From Gemmata obscuriglobus (GTDB lineage: Bacteria > Planctomycetota > Planctomycetia > Gemmatales > Gemmataceae): a DNA stretch of 32,000 nucleotides. Shown here in pieces: positions 11,806 to 20,394 of the stretch. Under the pieces are notes generated by a model, which saw nothing but the letters and a program-made list of their open reading frames with translations, did no database searches and was not told the DNA's origin. The position numbers and the translations under genes were made by a program. The DNA lies in the NCBI RefSeq assembly GCF_008065095.1, contig NZ_CP042911.1:6390001-6422000 (forward strand), read 5' to 3'. Each line of letters starts with the position of its first letter. Position 1 is the first letter of the stretch.

Positions 11806-12036
11806 ATGCTCGAAGAAGGCGCGGTGTGCCGTCGCTGTGAAGAGAAGGCATCTACTTGCGACGACTGCGGTTGCTGCAACGAATGCTGCTACTGCCCCGA
11901 ATGCTCTACGCGCGGCAAGCGTGCCGAGAGTACCTGTCAGCAATGCGGGCGGTGCGATGTCTGCGATCACGCAGACGACTGCAATTACTCAGACTGGTAC
12001 GAAGAGGTTGGCAAAAACGAAGATGGCGACGGCTGA
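11806..12036 (+). CDS. Cys-rich acidic small protein (76 aa, 15 Cys)
   Basis: ATG at 11806 with GAGGG 8 nt upstream. Nine CxxC spacings. Cys ladders at residues 18-21-24-27-30-33 and 44-47-50-53. No signal peptide. Acidic C-terminus. Confidence 0.5.
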   Translation: MLEEGAVCRRCEEKASTCDDCGCCNECCYCPECSTRGKRAESTCQQCGRCDVCDHADDCNYSDWYEEVGKNEDGDG

Positions 12037-12090
12037 AACCGCGAGAGTATCAGAAGTGCTCAGGCGAGATAAATGTGCGAATGGTCGTCG

Positions 12091-12351
12091 TTAGCGGGGT
12101 GGAGCGGTTGTCGGCTCAGCGGGTAGATTCGCTGGCCCTTGCGATTCAGGGAGCATGGCACCCTCTCCGAACCAAACTTCACGGCACATCGTCGCATTCG
12201 CCGCAGCCTCATCCGGCGTGTCTTCAGAACCATATCGAAGGTAGCCCAGCCAGCTACGATTGCCCGTCGCCTCCCTTTTCGTGGACGCACACCCGGAACA
12301 AGCGAGCAGCAGAAAAGCGGCCAAACCCATCTGAGCTTTTCGGGAGTTCAT
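12091..12351 (-). CDS. Small lipoprotein (86 aa)
   Basis: Track ORF 12091..12453, trimmed to ATG 12351. Start: MNSRKAQMGLAAFLLLACSGC (signal peptide plus lipobox-like LLAC). GAGG lies upstream. Confidence 0.5.
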   Translation of the reverse strand: MNSRKAQMGLAAFLLLACSGCASTKREATGNRSWLGYLRYGSEDTPDEAAANATMCREVWFGEGAMLPESQGPANLPAEPTTAPPR

Positions 12352-12558
12352 TTCGCTAACCTCGTTTGGGAACGAGAAAATAGCGATCACGCCATGAGTG
12401 TCAACAGAAGTTAAGAAGTCGCCTCTGTGCGCAGGTGCGGTGGGCGGGTTCACCCGTGAAAGTGCGTATTTGTCGCCCGCACTCGCTCCGTTCCACGCCT
12501 CCGGCTCGTCAAAAGCACGAGCCTTCCGACGCAGGAAGCAAACCGCCCTTCCCCTCCG

Positions 12559-13953
12559 TCACTTCCCCTTCGCGAGTTCCTTGAACGCGCCACAAATCAC
12601 CGGCGCCGCTTCCGGGCCAACGCTGTTCATCTCGCCGTACTGGGCCTTCTTCAACCCGTAGCAGAACGGGGCGTTCTCGTCCCACTGGCGCTTCGGAATG
12701 AAGTATCCCAGTTCGTCGTTCGCCAGCCCGATCAGCATCCGGTGCTTGCCCTTCAACTGATTGTAGACTGCGGGCTCGACCGCCGCGTTCGGGAAGTCCG
12801 CACCGGGGTCGGCCGGGTTTTCGACCTTGTTCAGCACTAACTCGGGATAAATCTCACCCGGGATCGCCGCGACCTCCAGTTCGCCGAGTTTCAGATAACC
12901 GACTTCCGTTTTCACCGCGACCGGCTTCCCCACTTCCTTCGTCGGAACGAACTTCTTCGGAGTCGGCGTGCCATCCCAGGCGTACATCGTGCGGTTCAGC
13001 GTTCCGAACGACCACGCGAGCCGGTAGATGTTGTTCTCGACCGGAACGAGCAACTCGCGCGTGCGAATGTCGAACGGGGTGAGCGTGACCGGCACGGCCT
13101 CTTTGAGCGCCTTTTCCGCAAGCTGGCCGACCAACCGCCCGTACCGCTCGGACTTCTCGAACGTGCCGTCGGCGAGTTCCTTCCCCTTCTCGTCTTTCAC
13201 CGGCAGCTTGAGCGTCGTCATCAGCCCGCCGACGGTGCCCGTGAAGTACGCCACGGGGCACTTCTGTGTCTCGCGGAGTTGCTTCACCGTGTAGTAGATG
13301 AAGTCCGCGGTGACCTCGGTGTTGCGCGAGTCGAGCGCTTCGGGGTGGCAGTTCCACTGCACCAGCACGCCGAGCGGCTTGTCCGTCTTCGGCTCGAAAA
13401 ACTTGAGCACCACCAGTTCGTCGTGCTTCACGACCGGCTTGCGGTTGTCGTTGATGAGGGCCGGATCGGCGGCCGTGCCGATTTTAACCGTTGCGGCGGC
13501 GAGCGCTTTCTCCGCGGCCTTGACGGCCTCCGCGCACCCGGCTTCGACCCGCTTGAGGTAATCGGGATCGACGCCGCTCTGAACCGGCGACGCGCCCCAG
13601 AGGCCGAGCGTGTCCGGCCCTTCGTGGTTGTGGGTGGCGGACACCAGCACGTACTTGAACCCGGTCAGCTTCTCGCGCACCCGCTCCACGCTGGGCAGGA
13701 ACAGCCCGACCACATCGACCGAAACGAACGCGATCTTCTCGTCACCGTCGGCCATCACGACCGCCCGCGCCATGATCGGGTCGTGAACCGTCGTGGCCTT
13801 GCGGTTCTGTCCGAAGCCGGCGAGGAACACGGACTTCTTCCCCGCACCGACTTCCGGCGTCAGGTCGGTCTCGCCGAACCCAACTTTGAACTCACCGGCG
13901 GTACAGGGGAGAACGAACAAGGCGAGCGCGGAGAGAGTGCAGGCGAAGCGCAT
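12559..13953 (-). CDS. Neutral/alkaline ceramidase N-terminal-domain-like secreted hydrolase
   Basis: Start at ATG 13953: MRFACTLSALALFVLPCTAGE (signal peptide). Pattern FKVGFGETDLTP ... VHDPIMARAVVM ... VSVDVVG ... VLVSATHNHEGPD matches the family as I remember it. Confidence 0.8.
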   Translation of the reverse strand: MRFACTLSALALFVLPCTAGEFKVGFGETDLTPEVGAGKKSVFLAGFGQNRKATTVHDPIMARAVVMADGDEKIAFVSVDVVGLFLPSVERVREKLTGFKYVLVSATHNHEGPDTLGLWGASPVQSGVDPDYLKRVEAGCAEAVKAAEKALAAATVKIGTAADPALINDNRKPVVKHDELVVLKFFEPKTDKPLGVLVQWNCHPEALDSRNTEVTADFIYYTVKQLRETQKCPVAYFTGTVGGLMTTLKLPVKDEKGKELADGTFEKSERYGRLVGQLAEKALKEAVPVTLTPFDIRTRELLVPVENNIYRLAWSFGTLNRTMYAWDGTPTPKKFVPTKEVGKPVAVKTEVGYLKLGELEVAAIPGEIYPELVLNKVENPADPGADFPNAAVEPAVYNQLKGKHRMLIGLANDELGYFIPKRQWDENAPFCYGLKKAQYGEMNSVGPEAAPVICGAFKELAKGK

Positions 13954-14075
13954 GAATAGTTCTCGTGCGAAGAAGAGCAAGCACAAGGAGCGACAGGGCC
14001 TCTACGGAAGGCACAACGGGACTGGGCAGGAAGGCCCCGAATAGCAGCGCGATGCTACCGTATCCTTAAATCGCC

Positions 14076-14888
14076 TCAGCCGGCGCACTCGCGCATGTAC
14101 CGGATGCTCTCCCGCGCGATCGTGTCGGGATCGGGGGAGTAGTCGAACACCTCCACCGACACCCAACCGGTGTAGTCTACGTCCTTCAGCGCCTGGAAGA
14201 TCGGCTTGAAGTCGGTGGGGCCGAACCCGGGGCCGCGCTTGTTCGGGTCGTTCGCGTGGAAGTGGTACATCCAGTCGCGGTTCGCCCGGATCACGTCCGG
14301 CGGCGGCGCCACCTCGGCCGACATCGCTTTCACGTCCAGGTGCAGCTTCACGAACGGGTGCGCGAGTTGCTTCGCGAGCGCGACGCCCTGCGCGGCGCTG
14401 GTCATGAAGTTCGTTTCTGCCGGCGTTAACGGTTCGAGGCACAGGTACACCCGGCTGCGTTCCAGTGCCGGGAGGCAGTGCCGGAGCGTGTCGAGGGCGT
14501 ACTCCTCGCCTTGTGCGTGACTCATCCCGTCGGGCAGGTTCCGCTGGAACGGCGAACCGAGTACGAGGATGTCGCCGCCGAGGTCGGCTGCGGCGTAGGC
14601 GAGTTCTGCGAGGTACTCGCCGGTCCGCTTGCGCACCGCCGCATCGGATGAGGTGAGGTGAAAACCCTCGGTTTTAGCGAGCAGCCAGTGCAGCCCGATG
14701 ATCTGGACACCGGCGGCTTCCGCGTGTCTGCGCAACTCGGTGCGGCGGCCGGCGCTCACCTCGGTGACGAGCGGCGCGAGCGTGAACGGGGCCACCTCCA
14801 GCCCCGTGTACCCCAGCTCCGCGACGCGGGCGCACACCCGGGCGTGGTCCCAGCCCTCGAACGTCTCGTTGCAGATCGCGTACTTCAT
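14076..14888 (-). CDS. Sugar phosphate isomerase/epimerase (xylose isomerase-like TIM barrel)
   Basis: Track ORF 14076..15551, trimmed to ATG 14888 (MKYAICNETFEGW...). Typical blocks: GYTGLEV, LCLEPL, HFHAND, VSVEVFD. The ATG overlaps the upstream TGA (ATGA). Confidence 0.9.
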   Translation of the reverse strand: MKYAICNETFEGWDHARVCARVAELGYTGLEVAPFTLAPLVTEVSAGRRTELRRHAEAAGVQIIGLHWLLAKTEGFHLTSSDAAVRKRTGEYLAELAYAAADLGGDILVLGSPFQRNLPDGMSHAQGEEYALDTLRHCLPALERSRVYLCLEPLTPAETNFMTSAAQGVALAKQLAHPFVKLHLDVKAMSAEVAPPPDVIRANRDWMYHFHANDPNKRGPGFGPTDFKPIFQALKDVDYTGWVSVEVFDYSPDPDTIARESIRYMRECAG

Positions 14889-16444
14889 GGGAGGGTCACC
14901 TCGCGCGCCTTGCGGGCCGCCCGCGCCTCGGTCGGGTCGATCAGCGTCAGCTTCACGGACTTCTGGTCCTTCGCGGCGGCGTAGAACTCGCGCGGCGTGG
15001 CCACCGCGGCGCCGTTCACGTGCGTGATGAGCCACCGCTTCGAAACGTCGGAGAGCTTCTGGTCGTCGATCTTCTTGAACGCCGCCGCCGCGGGCGAGTC
15101 CGCGGCGACCTCCTGGATCGTCACCCCGGGCGGCACACCTTCCGAGAGGATCTGCGGGTTGGCGTTGTTCTGCGCGAGCTGCGCCAACATACTCCCGTGA
15201 TCGACCCGCAGCCCGAACACCGCGGCCGGGCGCGCGGAGGCGATGAACGGCTGCCCGTGCTGGAGCTTGCCGAGCGTCACGGTCACCTCCCCGGCCTGGG
15301 CGGTTGTGATCGTCACCTTCGAGCCCGCCAGGGCGCCGCTGATGTGGGTCAGCAGTTCCTCGTACCGGCGTATCCGGGCGCCGTTGATGTGCGTGATGGT
15401 GTCGCGGTCGCGGACGCCCGCGAGGGCGAGCGGGCCGAGCGGCAGCACCCAACTGATCGCCACGCCGTTCGGGGCCATATTCGGTAGGGCGTCGGGACCG
15501 TTCGGGATCTGGACGCCGAGGTAGCCAGCCTCGACCTCCTCGCCGCGGCACAGCACCGCGACGATCCGCTGGAGCCGGTCGTCCATCGGCAGCGCGTAGT
15601 CCGGGGCCTTCTCGCCCTGGCTCAGTACCGGGGCGGTGGTGGTCAAGCCGATCAGTTCGCCGTCGAGGTTGAGCAGCGCCGCCCCGCTGATGCCCGCGTT
15701 CAGCTTCGCGTCGTGTTCGAGCAGCGGGCCGTAGTAGTAGTAGCTGGTGGAGCGCTGGACCTCTTTGCCGCCCGCCAGGTTCAGCGACGAGTGGACGTTC
15801 GTGACGCTACCGAGGGCCGCGCTCGGCCGGTTGAGCCGGACGCCCGGCACGAAGGCGTTCGCCATCAGCACCGCCAGTTTGCCGGGCGCGACCGTCGGCC
15901 GCGCGCGATCGGTGGGTAACTTCACGTCCGCGAACTTGATGGCCCTCAGCCCCGGGGGCGGGTCGAGGAGCCGGAGCACTGCGAGGTCGGTGCGGGCGTC
16001 GGCCGCGTGGATGTCGGCGTACGAGCCCGCGTGCCCGGGCAGGTGGACGTAAACCTTCGTGGCGCCGTCCACGACGTGATAGGGGGTGAGGATCAGCCCC
16101 TTCTCATCGACGACCACCCCGCACGCGAACCCGTGGTCCGAGATGGTCCGCACGTCCGACAGGTCGAGCGCGTTCGCGACCGCGGGCTTCGCCTGCGGGT
16201 TGTCTTTCAGGTACTGCTTGGGGTCGAACCCGCCAAGCCGCCCGGGCGTGTCACCGCCGGGCTTCGCCGGGTACTGGTCGCTGCGCGACACCACCACACA
16301 CGCGACGCTCGGCCCGGCGCCGGCGTGGGCCGCCTGGAGTTGGCGCTCGACGGCGCGGAGGAGTTCGCCGCTCGTCGGTTCCTGGCCGGTCAGCGCGACC
16401 GACGCGGTGAGAAGCAGCGGGAGCGCGAGAGCGGCGTATCGCAT
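14885..16444 (-). CDS. HtrA/DegP-like trypsin-fold serine protease with PDZ domains, secreted
   Basis: Track ORF 14885..16615, trimmed to ATG 16444: MRYAALALPLLLTASVALTG (signal peptide). Catalytic triad context: TPYHVVDG, TDLAVLRL, NAGISGAALLNLDGELIGL. Two PDZ-like segments follow. Confidence 0.85.
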   Translation of the reverse strand: MRYAALALPLLLTASVALTGQEPTSGELLRAVERQLQAAHAGAGPSVACVVVSRSDQYPAKPGGDTPGRLGGFDPKQYLKDNPQAKPAVANALDLSDVRTISDHGFACGVVVDEKGLILTPYHVVDGATKVYVHLPGHAGSYADIHAADARTDLAVLRLLDPPPGLRAIKFADVKLPTDRARPTVAPGKLAVLMANAFVPGVRLNRPSAALGSVTNVHSSLNLAGGKEVQRSTSYYYYGPLLEHDAKLNAGISGAALLNLDGELIGLTTTAPVLSQGEKAPDYALPMDDRLQRIVAVLCRGEEVEAGYLGVQIPNGPDALPNMAPNGVAISWVLPLGPLALAGVRDRDTITHINGARIRRYEELLTHISGALAGSKVTITTAQAGEVTVTLGKLQHGQPFIASARPAAVFGLRVDHGSMLAQLAQNNANPQILSEGVPPGVTIQEVAADSPAAAAFKKIDDQKLSDVSKRWLITHVNGAAVATPREFYAAAKDQKSVKLTLIDPTEARAARKAREVTLP

Positions 16445-16541
16445 GAACCGCCTCCGGAAAGTTATCACTGTTTTACCCGCGGCAGCCAGGCGACGTAAGC
16501 CCCGACGCGCCCGGATATCGGCACACCACCGGGTGCGGAAC

Positions 16542-17567
16542 TCATGCCTCCGCCGGTGCCTTCGCCGCGCGCACGTAAGCCTCGAAGTTCGCGACCGGGG
16601 TGTCCTTATCGACACCGTGGTTGAGGTTCAGGATGTGGCGCGCCCCGCCGCCGGCACGGCGGCACGCGCGGACCGCGTCGGCCACCTGCTCCGGCGTGCC
16701 GCCGCGAAGGATCTCCTCATCGACGTTGCCCTGGAACACGAGGTGCGGGTGGTCGCGCCGCGCCGCGGCCAAGTCGTGAACGCTCCCCAGGCTGATGACA
16801 TCCGCGCCGGTCGCGCACATGCGCTCCAGGTACGGGCCTTCCTTCACGAAGAGGATGCGCGGGACGCCGGTCGCGCCCGCCAGGATTTCGGAGTGCTGGG
16901 GCTGCGCCCACGCGTCGTACTCGGCGGGCGACAGGGCGCCGGCCCACGAGTCGAAGAGCTGGTACGCGTCGGCCCCGTCGCCGATCAGCGTGCGCAAGAA
17001 CCCCACGGTCGCGCCGGTGAGGCGCTCCAGGAGCCCGTTCCACACGGCGGGCGCGTCGGCGACGAACGCGCGAGTTGCTTCGACGTCCTTCCCGGTGCCG
17101 ATGCAGTACGTCGCGACCGTGAACGGCGCGCCCGCGAACACCAGCACCGGCAGGTCGCCATGCAACTCGTCCTTGACGCGCTTCAGCAACTGGCGAATGT
17201 GCGCGTATGTCTCCGGCGCCGGATTCGGCGCGAGCCGGTCCAGGTCGCCGAGCGTGCGGACCGGGCGGTCCGGCACCGGGCCGGCGCCGGGCTTCAGCTC
17301 GAACGGCAGCCCCATCGCGACGGGGAGCGTGGTGATGTCGTAGAAGAGGATGATCGCGTCCACGCCGAACCGCCGCGGGCACAGCGACGCGCGGGTGGAC
17401 GCCTCGACGTTCTCGGAGAACTCGAAGAACGACATCCCGGCCCGCACCTTGCGGAACTCGGGGTCCCAGCGCCCGGCCTGGCGCATGGCCCACACGGGGG
17501 CGCGCTCGACCCGCTCGCCGCGGGCCGCACGGATCAGAAGGTGCTTGTCGTGGAATGCGTCGGGCAT
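16542..17567 (-). CDS. hemE: Uroporphyrinogen decarboxylase
   Basis: HemE blocks: PVWAMRQAGR, DAIILFYDI, FAGAPFT, QLFDSWAG, VFQGNVD, HILNLNHG. Confidence 0.95.
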   Translation of the reverse strand: MPDAFHDKHLLIRAARGERVERAPVWAMRQAGRWDPEFRKVRAGMSFFEFSENVEASTRASLCPRRFGVDAIILFYDITTLPVAMGLPFELKPGAGPVPDRPVRTLGDLDRLAPNPAPETYAHIRQLLKRVKDELHGDLPVLVFAGAPFTVATYCIGTGKDVEATRAFVADAPAVWNGLLERLTGATVGFLRTLIGDGADAYQLFDSWAGALSPAEYDAWAQPQHSEILAGATGVPRILFVKEGPYLERMCATGADVISLGSVHDLAAARRDHPHLVFQGNVDEEILRGGTPEQVADAVRACRRAGGGARHILNLNHGVDKDTPVANFEAYVRAAKAPAEA

Positions 17568-17680
17568 GGTGGCTCACAGACCCACCCGCCCGGTCCCTTC
17601 CAATAAAAAGAAGGTTGATGGGGAAGGTGCGGTCTTCCGTCTTTCCCCCTCCCGAAAGCGAGAAGGGGTAGGGAGGGCAT

Positions 17681-18424
17681 CTAGGCGCCGGGCGCACCCG
17701 GCTTCACACCAACATACAGAGTCGCCACACCGAACGTGAACGGTTCGTACCGGACTTCGGTGAGCCCGGCGGCCCGCATCTTCTCCGCGAGAGCGTCGTA
17801 GTCGGGGAACTTAAGCACGCTCGCGGGCAAATAACGGTACGCGTTCTCGCGGCTCCCCGAAATGAACTGACCGAGCAAGGGGAGCAAATACCGGAAGTAC
17901 GCGTTGTAAAGCCGACCCAGGAGCGGGTTGCGCGGCTTCGAGAACTCCAGAACCGCCACCCGGCCGCCCGGCCGCGTGACGCGGACCATTTCCGCCAGTC
18001 CCTTGTCGGTGTCGGTGATGTTCCGCAGCCCGAACGCGTTGGTCACGAGCTGAAAGGCGCCGTCCGCGAACGGTAAGGCCTGCGCGTCCGCCTCCACGAA
18101 CCGCACCCGCTCGCCGGCGCCCGCCGCGGCGGCCTTTTTCGCCGCCCGCGTCAGCATTTCGCGCGAGAAGTCCGCGCCGACCACCGGCACGGCGCCCTTC
18201 GTGACGCGGTCGTAGGTGAACGCGAGATCGCCCGTGCCCGTGCACAGGTCCAGGATCGGCCCCTGCTCCGGCGGCCCGGCCGGAACGAGCTTCGCCGTCT
18301 TGTTCCGCCACGCGCGGTCAATGTTCAGGCTCAGCAGGTGGTTCAGGAGGTCGTAGGAGTGCGCGATCTGGTCGAACATCCGGCGGATGCGAACCTCACG
18401 CTTGTCGAGCAGTTGTGAAGGCAC
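17681..18424 (-). CDS. ubiE: Demethylmenaquinone/ubiquinone C-methyltransferase
   Basis: UbiE/MenG blocks: FDQIAHSYDLLNHLLSLNIDRAWR, LDLCTGTGDLA, FGLRNITD, GGRVAVLEFSKP, YYFRYLLPLLG-like segment. Confidence 0.9.
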   Translation of the reverse strand: MPSQLLDKREVRIRRMFDQIAHSYDLLNHLLSLNIDRAWRNKTAKLVPAGPPEQGPILDLCTGTGDLAFTYDRVTKGAVPVVGADFSREMLTRAAKKAAAAGAGERVRFVEADAQALPFADGAFQLVTNAFGLRNITDTDKGLAEMVRVTRPGGRVAVLEFSKPRNPLLGRLYNAYFRYLLPLLGQFISGSRENAYRYLPASVLKFPDYDALAEKMRAAGLTEVRYEPFTFGVATLYVGVKPGAPGA

Positions 18425-18526
18425 GGAATAGTCCCGAATAACTGGTGGCCGCTAGTGCGCTGGTGTATAACCTCAACCGGTGTCCGGCCCGCGTGTTAAC
18501 TCTATTCCCGCCCCGAGGACCGCCCT

Positions 18527-19138
18527 GTGCTCGAACTGAACACGCTCATCGTCAAACAGAAGGCGAAGCTGCTTTCGTCCCGCGCCTCGTTCGAGATCCT
18601 CGACGAGAGCGGCAAGCTGGTCGGAACGGCAGAGCAATCGACCACGGCGCTGGCGAAGCTCGTGGGCATGGTACTCGGGCCGCCCGCCACGAAGATCGAG
18701 TTCCGCGAAAAGCCGGACGACTCCCTGGTGTTCACCGTGCGCCGGGGCGGGACGATTTTCAAGAAGGTCGAGGTGCTGGACGCGCAGGGAACGGTGATCG
18801 GGTTGTACAAGGCCAAGCGGTTCAGCCTCGCGGGCGGGTTCCACGTGTACGACGGGGCCGGCAAACACGTCGCAGATATCCGCGGCAAAATGCTGAAGTC
18901 CGAGTACACGTTCTTCCAGCCGGACGGCAAGACCGAGATGGGCAAGGTGTCGAAGAAGTGGGCCGGGATGGCCAAGGAGCTGTTCACCTCCGCCGACACG
19001 TACGCGGTGCAGATCGAGCCGGCTTTCGAGGACGACCCGAAGGCGAAGATGCTGATCCTCGGCGCCGCCGTGGCCATCGACTCGCTCATGAGCACCGGCG
19101 GCGGGGCCGCGGCCGGCGGCGACAGCGACGACGAGTAG
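18527..19138 (+). CDS. LURP-one-related/scramblase-like (tubby C-terminal-like fold) family protein
   Basis: GTG start at 18527 with GAGGA upstream. Repeated beta-hairpin-like pattern: F.I.DE.GK.VG, F.V.RGG, V.DA.G..IG, F.VYD..GK.VA, Y.F..PDG. The assignment is from the general pattern only. Confidence 0.65.
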   Translation: MLELNTLIVKQKAKLLSSRASFEILDESGKLVGTAEQSTTALAKLVGMVLGPPATKIEFREKPDDSLVFTVRRGGTIFKKVEVLDAQGTVIGLYKAKRFSLAGGFHVYDGAGKHVADIRGKMLKSEYTFFQPDGKTEMGKVSKKWAGMAKELFTSADTYAVQIEPAFEDDPKAKMLILGAAVAIDSLMSTGGGAAAGGDSDDE

Positions 19139-19154
19139 CGCCGGCCGGGGCCGC

Positions 19155-19225
19155 GTTTTGTAGGGTGGGACAAGGCCCCGCGCGGTCCTCGCCCGGCCCG
19201 TGGGCCTTGTCCCACCCTACAAAAC
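19155..19225. repeat. Perfect 24-bp inverted repeat with a 23-nt spacer (possible terminator or REPIN-like element)
   Basis: gttttgtagggtgggacaaggccc (19155-19178) is the exact reverse complement of 19202-19225. It lies between two co-directional genes and ends 9 nt before the ATG at 19235. Confidence 0.8.
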
Positions 19226-19234
19226 AGGTGTCTC

Positions 19235-20314
19235 ATGCTCACCGCGGAAGGTTGCCGGGCGCGACGGCAGCGATTTCTCGACCGGCTCAAACCGTCCCAC
19301 CCGGTCGTCCTCGCGGACCCGCTGCACCTGCGGTACTTCGCAAACTTTTACGTGGACGCGATCAGCTCCAGCGCCGACTTCGGTGGGCTGCTGGTGATCC
19401 GCCCGGACGGGCACGCCACCCTTTACCACGACGCCAAACTGCCGGGCGGGGTTGCAAAGGCGCACGCGGACGCGGTCGAAAAGCTCCCGTGGTACACCGG
19501 CCAGGAGCCCGAACTGGCCCCGCGGCGGTTGGTCCTGCGGCCCGCGCTGGAGGCGAACGGCGGACGCATCCACGACAGCATCGCCGACCCAATCGGGCCG
19601 CAGGTCATTACGCTCATCTCCGAACTGCGGCGGGCGAAGGACCCGGACGAGGTCGAACTGCTCAAGACGTGCATGAAGGCGTCCGACGCCGGGCACGCCT
19701 GGGGGCTCGCCAACATTAAACCCGGCATGACCGAACTGGCGGCATACGCGGGAGTTGCCGCAGCGGCATACGCGTCGCTCGGGCAGTTCACGACCGTGTA
19801 CGGCGACTTCACCGTCTCGCCCGGAAGCAAGAAGCGCGGCGGCCCGCCCACCCCGCACGTGCTCGAAGCGGGCGAGTTGTTCATCCTCGACTACTCCGTC
19901 ATCGCCCAGGGGTACCGGAGCGACTTTACCAATACGATCTGCGTGGGCTGTAAACCAACTGCCGACCAGCAGCGATTGATGGATCTGAGCCTGGCGGCAA
20001 TCGCGGCCGGAGCAAAGGAACTGAAGGCCGGCGTGACGTGCCAGCACGTGTACGACGCCATACGGGCCGTTTTCGCGGCGGCGGGGATGGCGGAGTTCTT
20101 CACCACCCACGGCGGGCACGGGTTGGGCATTTCACACCCGGAACCGCCGTTCATCGTGCGCCACTCGACCGAAACGCTAATCGCCGGCGACGTAGTGACG
20201 CTCGAACCCGGGCTGTACGTCGACGGAATCGGCGGGTTGCGGATCGAGCACAATTATTTGGTGACGGAACAAGGCGCCGAACAACTCAGCAACCACCGGA
20301 TCGCTCTCTCTTGA
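19235..20314 (+). CDS. M24 family metallopeptidase (Xaa-Pro aminopeptidase/creatinase-like)
   Basis: Pita-bread fold metal-ligand context: ILDYSVIAQGYRSDFTNT, HGGHGLGISHPE, VVTLEPGLY, GGLRIEHNYLVT. Creatinase-like N-domain. Confidence 0.9.
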   Translation: MLTAEGCRARRQRFLDRLKPSHPVVLADPLHLRYFANFYVDAISSSADFGGLLVIRPDGHATLYHDAKLPGGVAKAHADAVEKLPWYTGQEPELAPRRLVLRPALEANGGRIHDSIADPIGPQVITLISELRRAKDPDEVELLKTCMKASDAGHAWGLANIKPGMTELAAYAGVAAAAYASLGQFTTVYGDFTVSPGSKKRGGPPTPHVLEAGELFILDYSVIAQGYRSDFTNTICVGCKPTADQQRLMDLSLAAIAAGAKELKAGVTCQHVYDAIRAVFAAAGMAEFFTTHGGHGLGISHPEPPFIVRHSTETLIAGDVVTLEPGLYVDGIGGLRIEHNYLVTEQGAEQLSNHRIALS

Positions 20315-20336
20315 GTCGTACAGTCGCCCGGTCGAA

Positions 20337-20385
20337 AGTCGTAAAGTCGAAAGGCAAAACCACCTGCCATTTGACTTTACGACTT
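20337..20385. terminator. Imperfect hairpin between convergent genes (candidate bidirectional terminator)
   Basis: agtcgtaaagtcgaaaggca / tgccatttgactttacgact arms around the loop aaaccacc. It sits in the 80-bp gap between stops at 20314 (+) and 20395 (-). Confidence 0.45.
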
Positions 20386-20394
20386 CTAAACGAG

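Noticed and set aside
12503-12523. 7-bp hairpin ggctcgt-caaaagc-acgagcc downstream of the ceramidase-like gene as a terminator
   Set aside because: The stem is short and no U-tract follows on the minus strand. The evidence is too weak to list as a feature.
16086-19719. Long ORFs 16086..17606 (+), 16717..17697 (-), 18445..19719 (+) and 18502..19290 (-)
   Set aside because: They are shadows of the HtrA-like, hemE, ubiE, LURP-like and M24 genes. They are low-complexity and lack start contexts. Accepting them would require massive overlaps with genes that carry clear family motifs.
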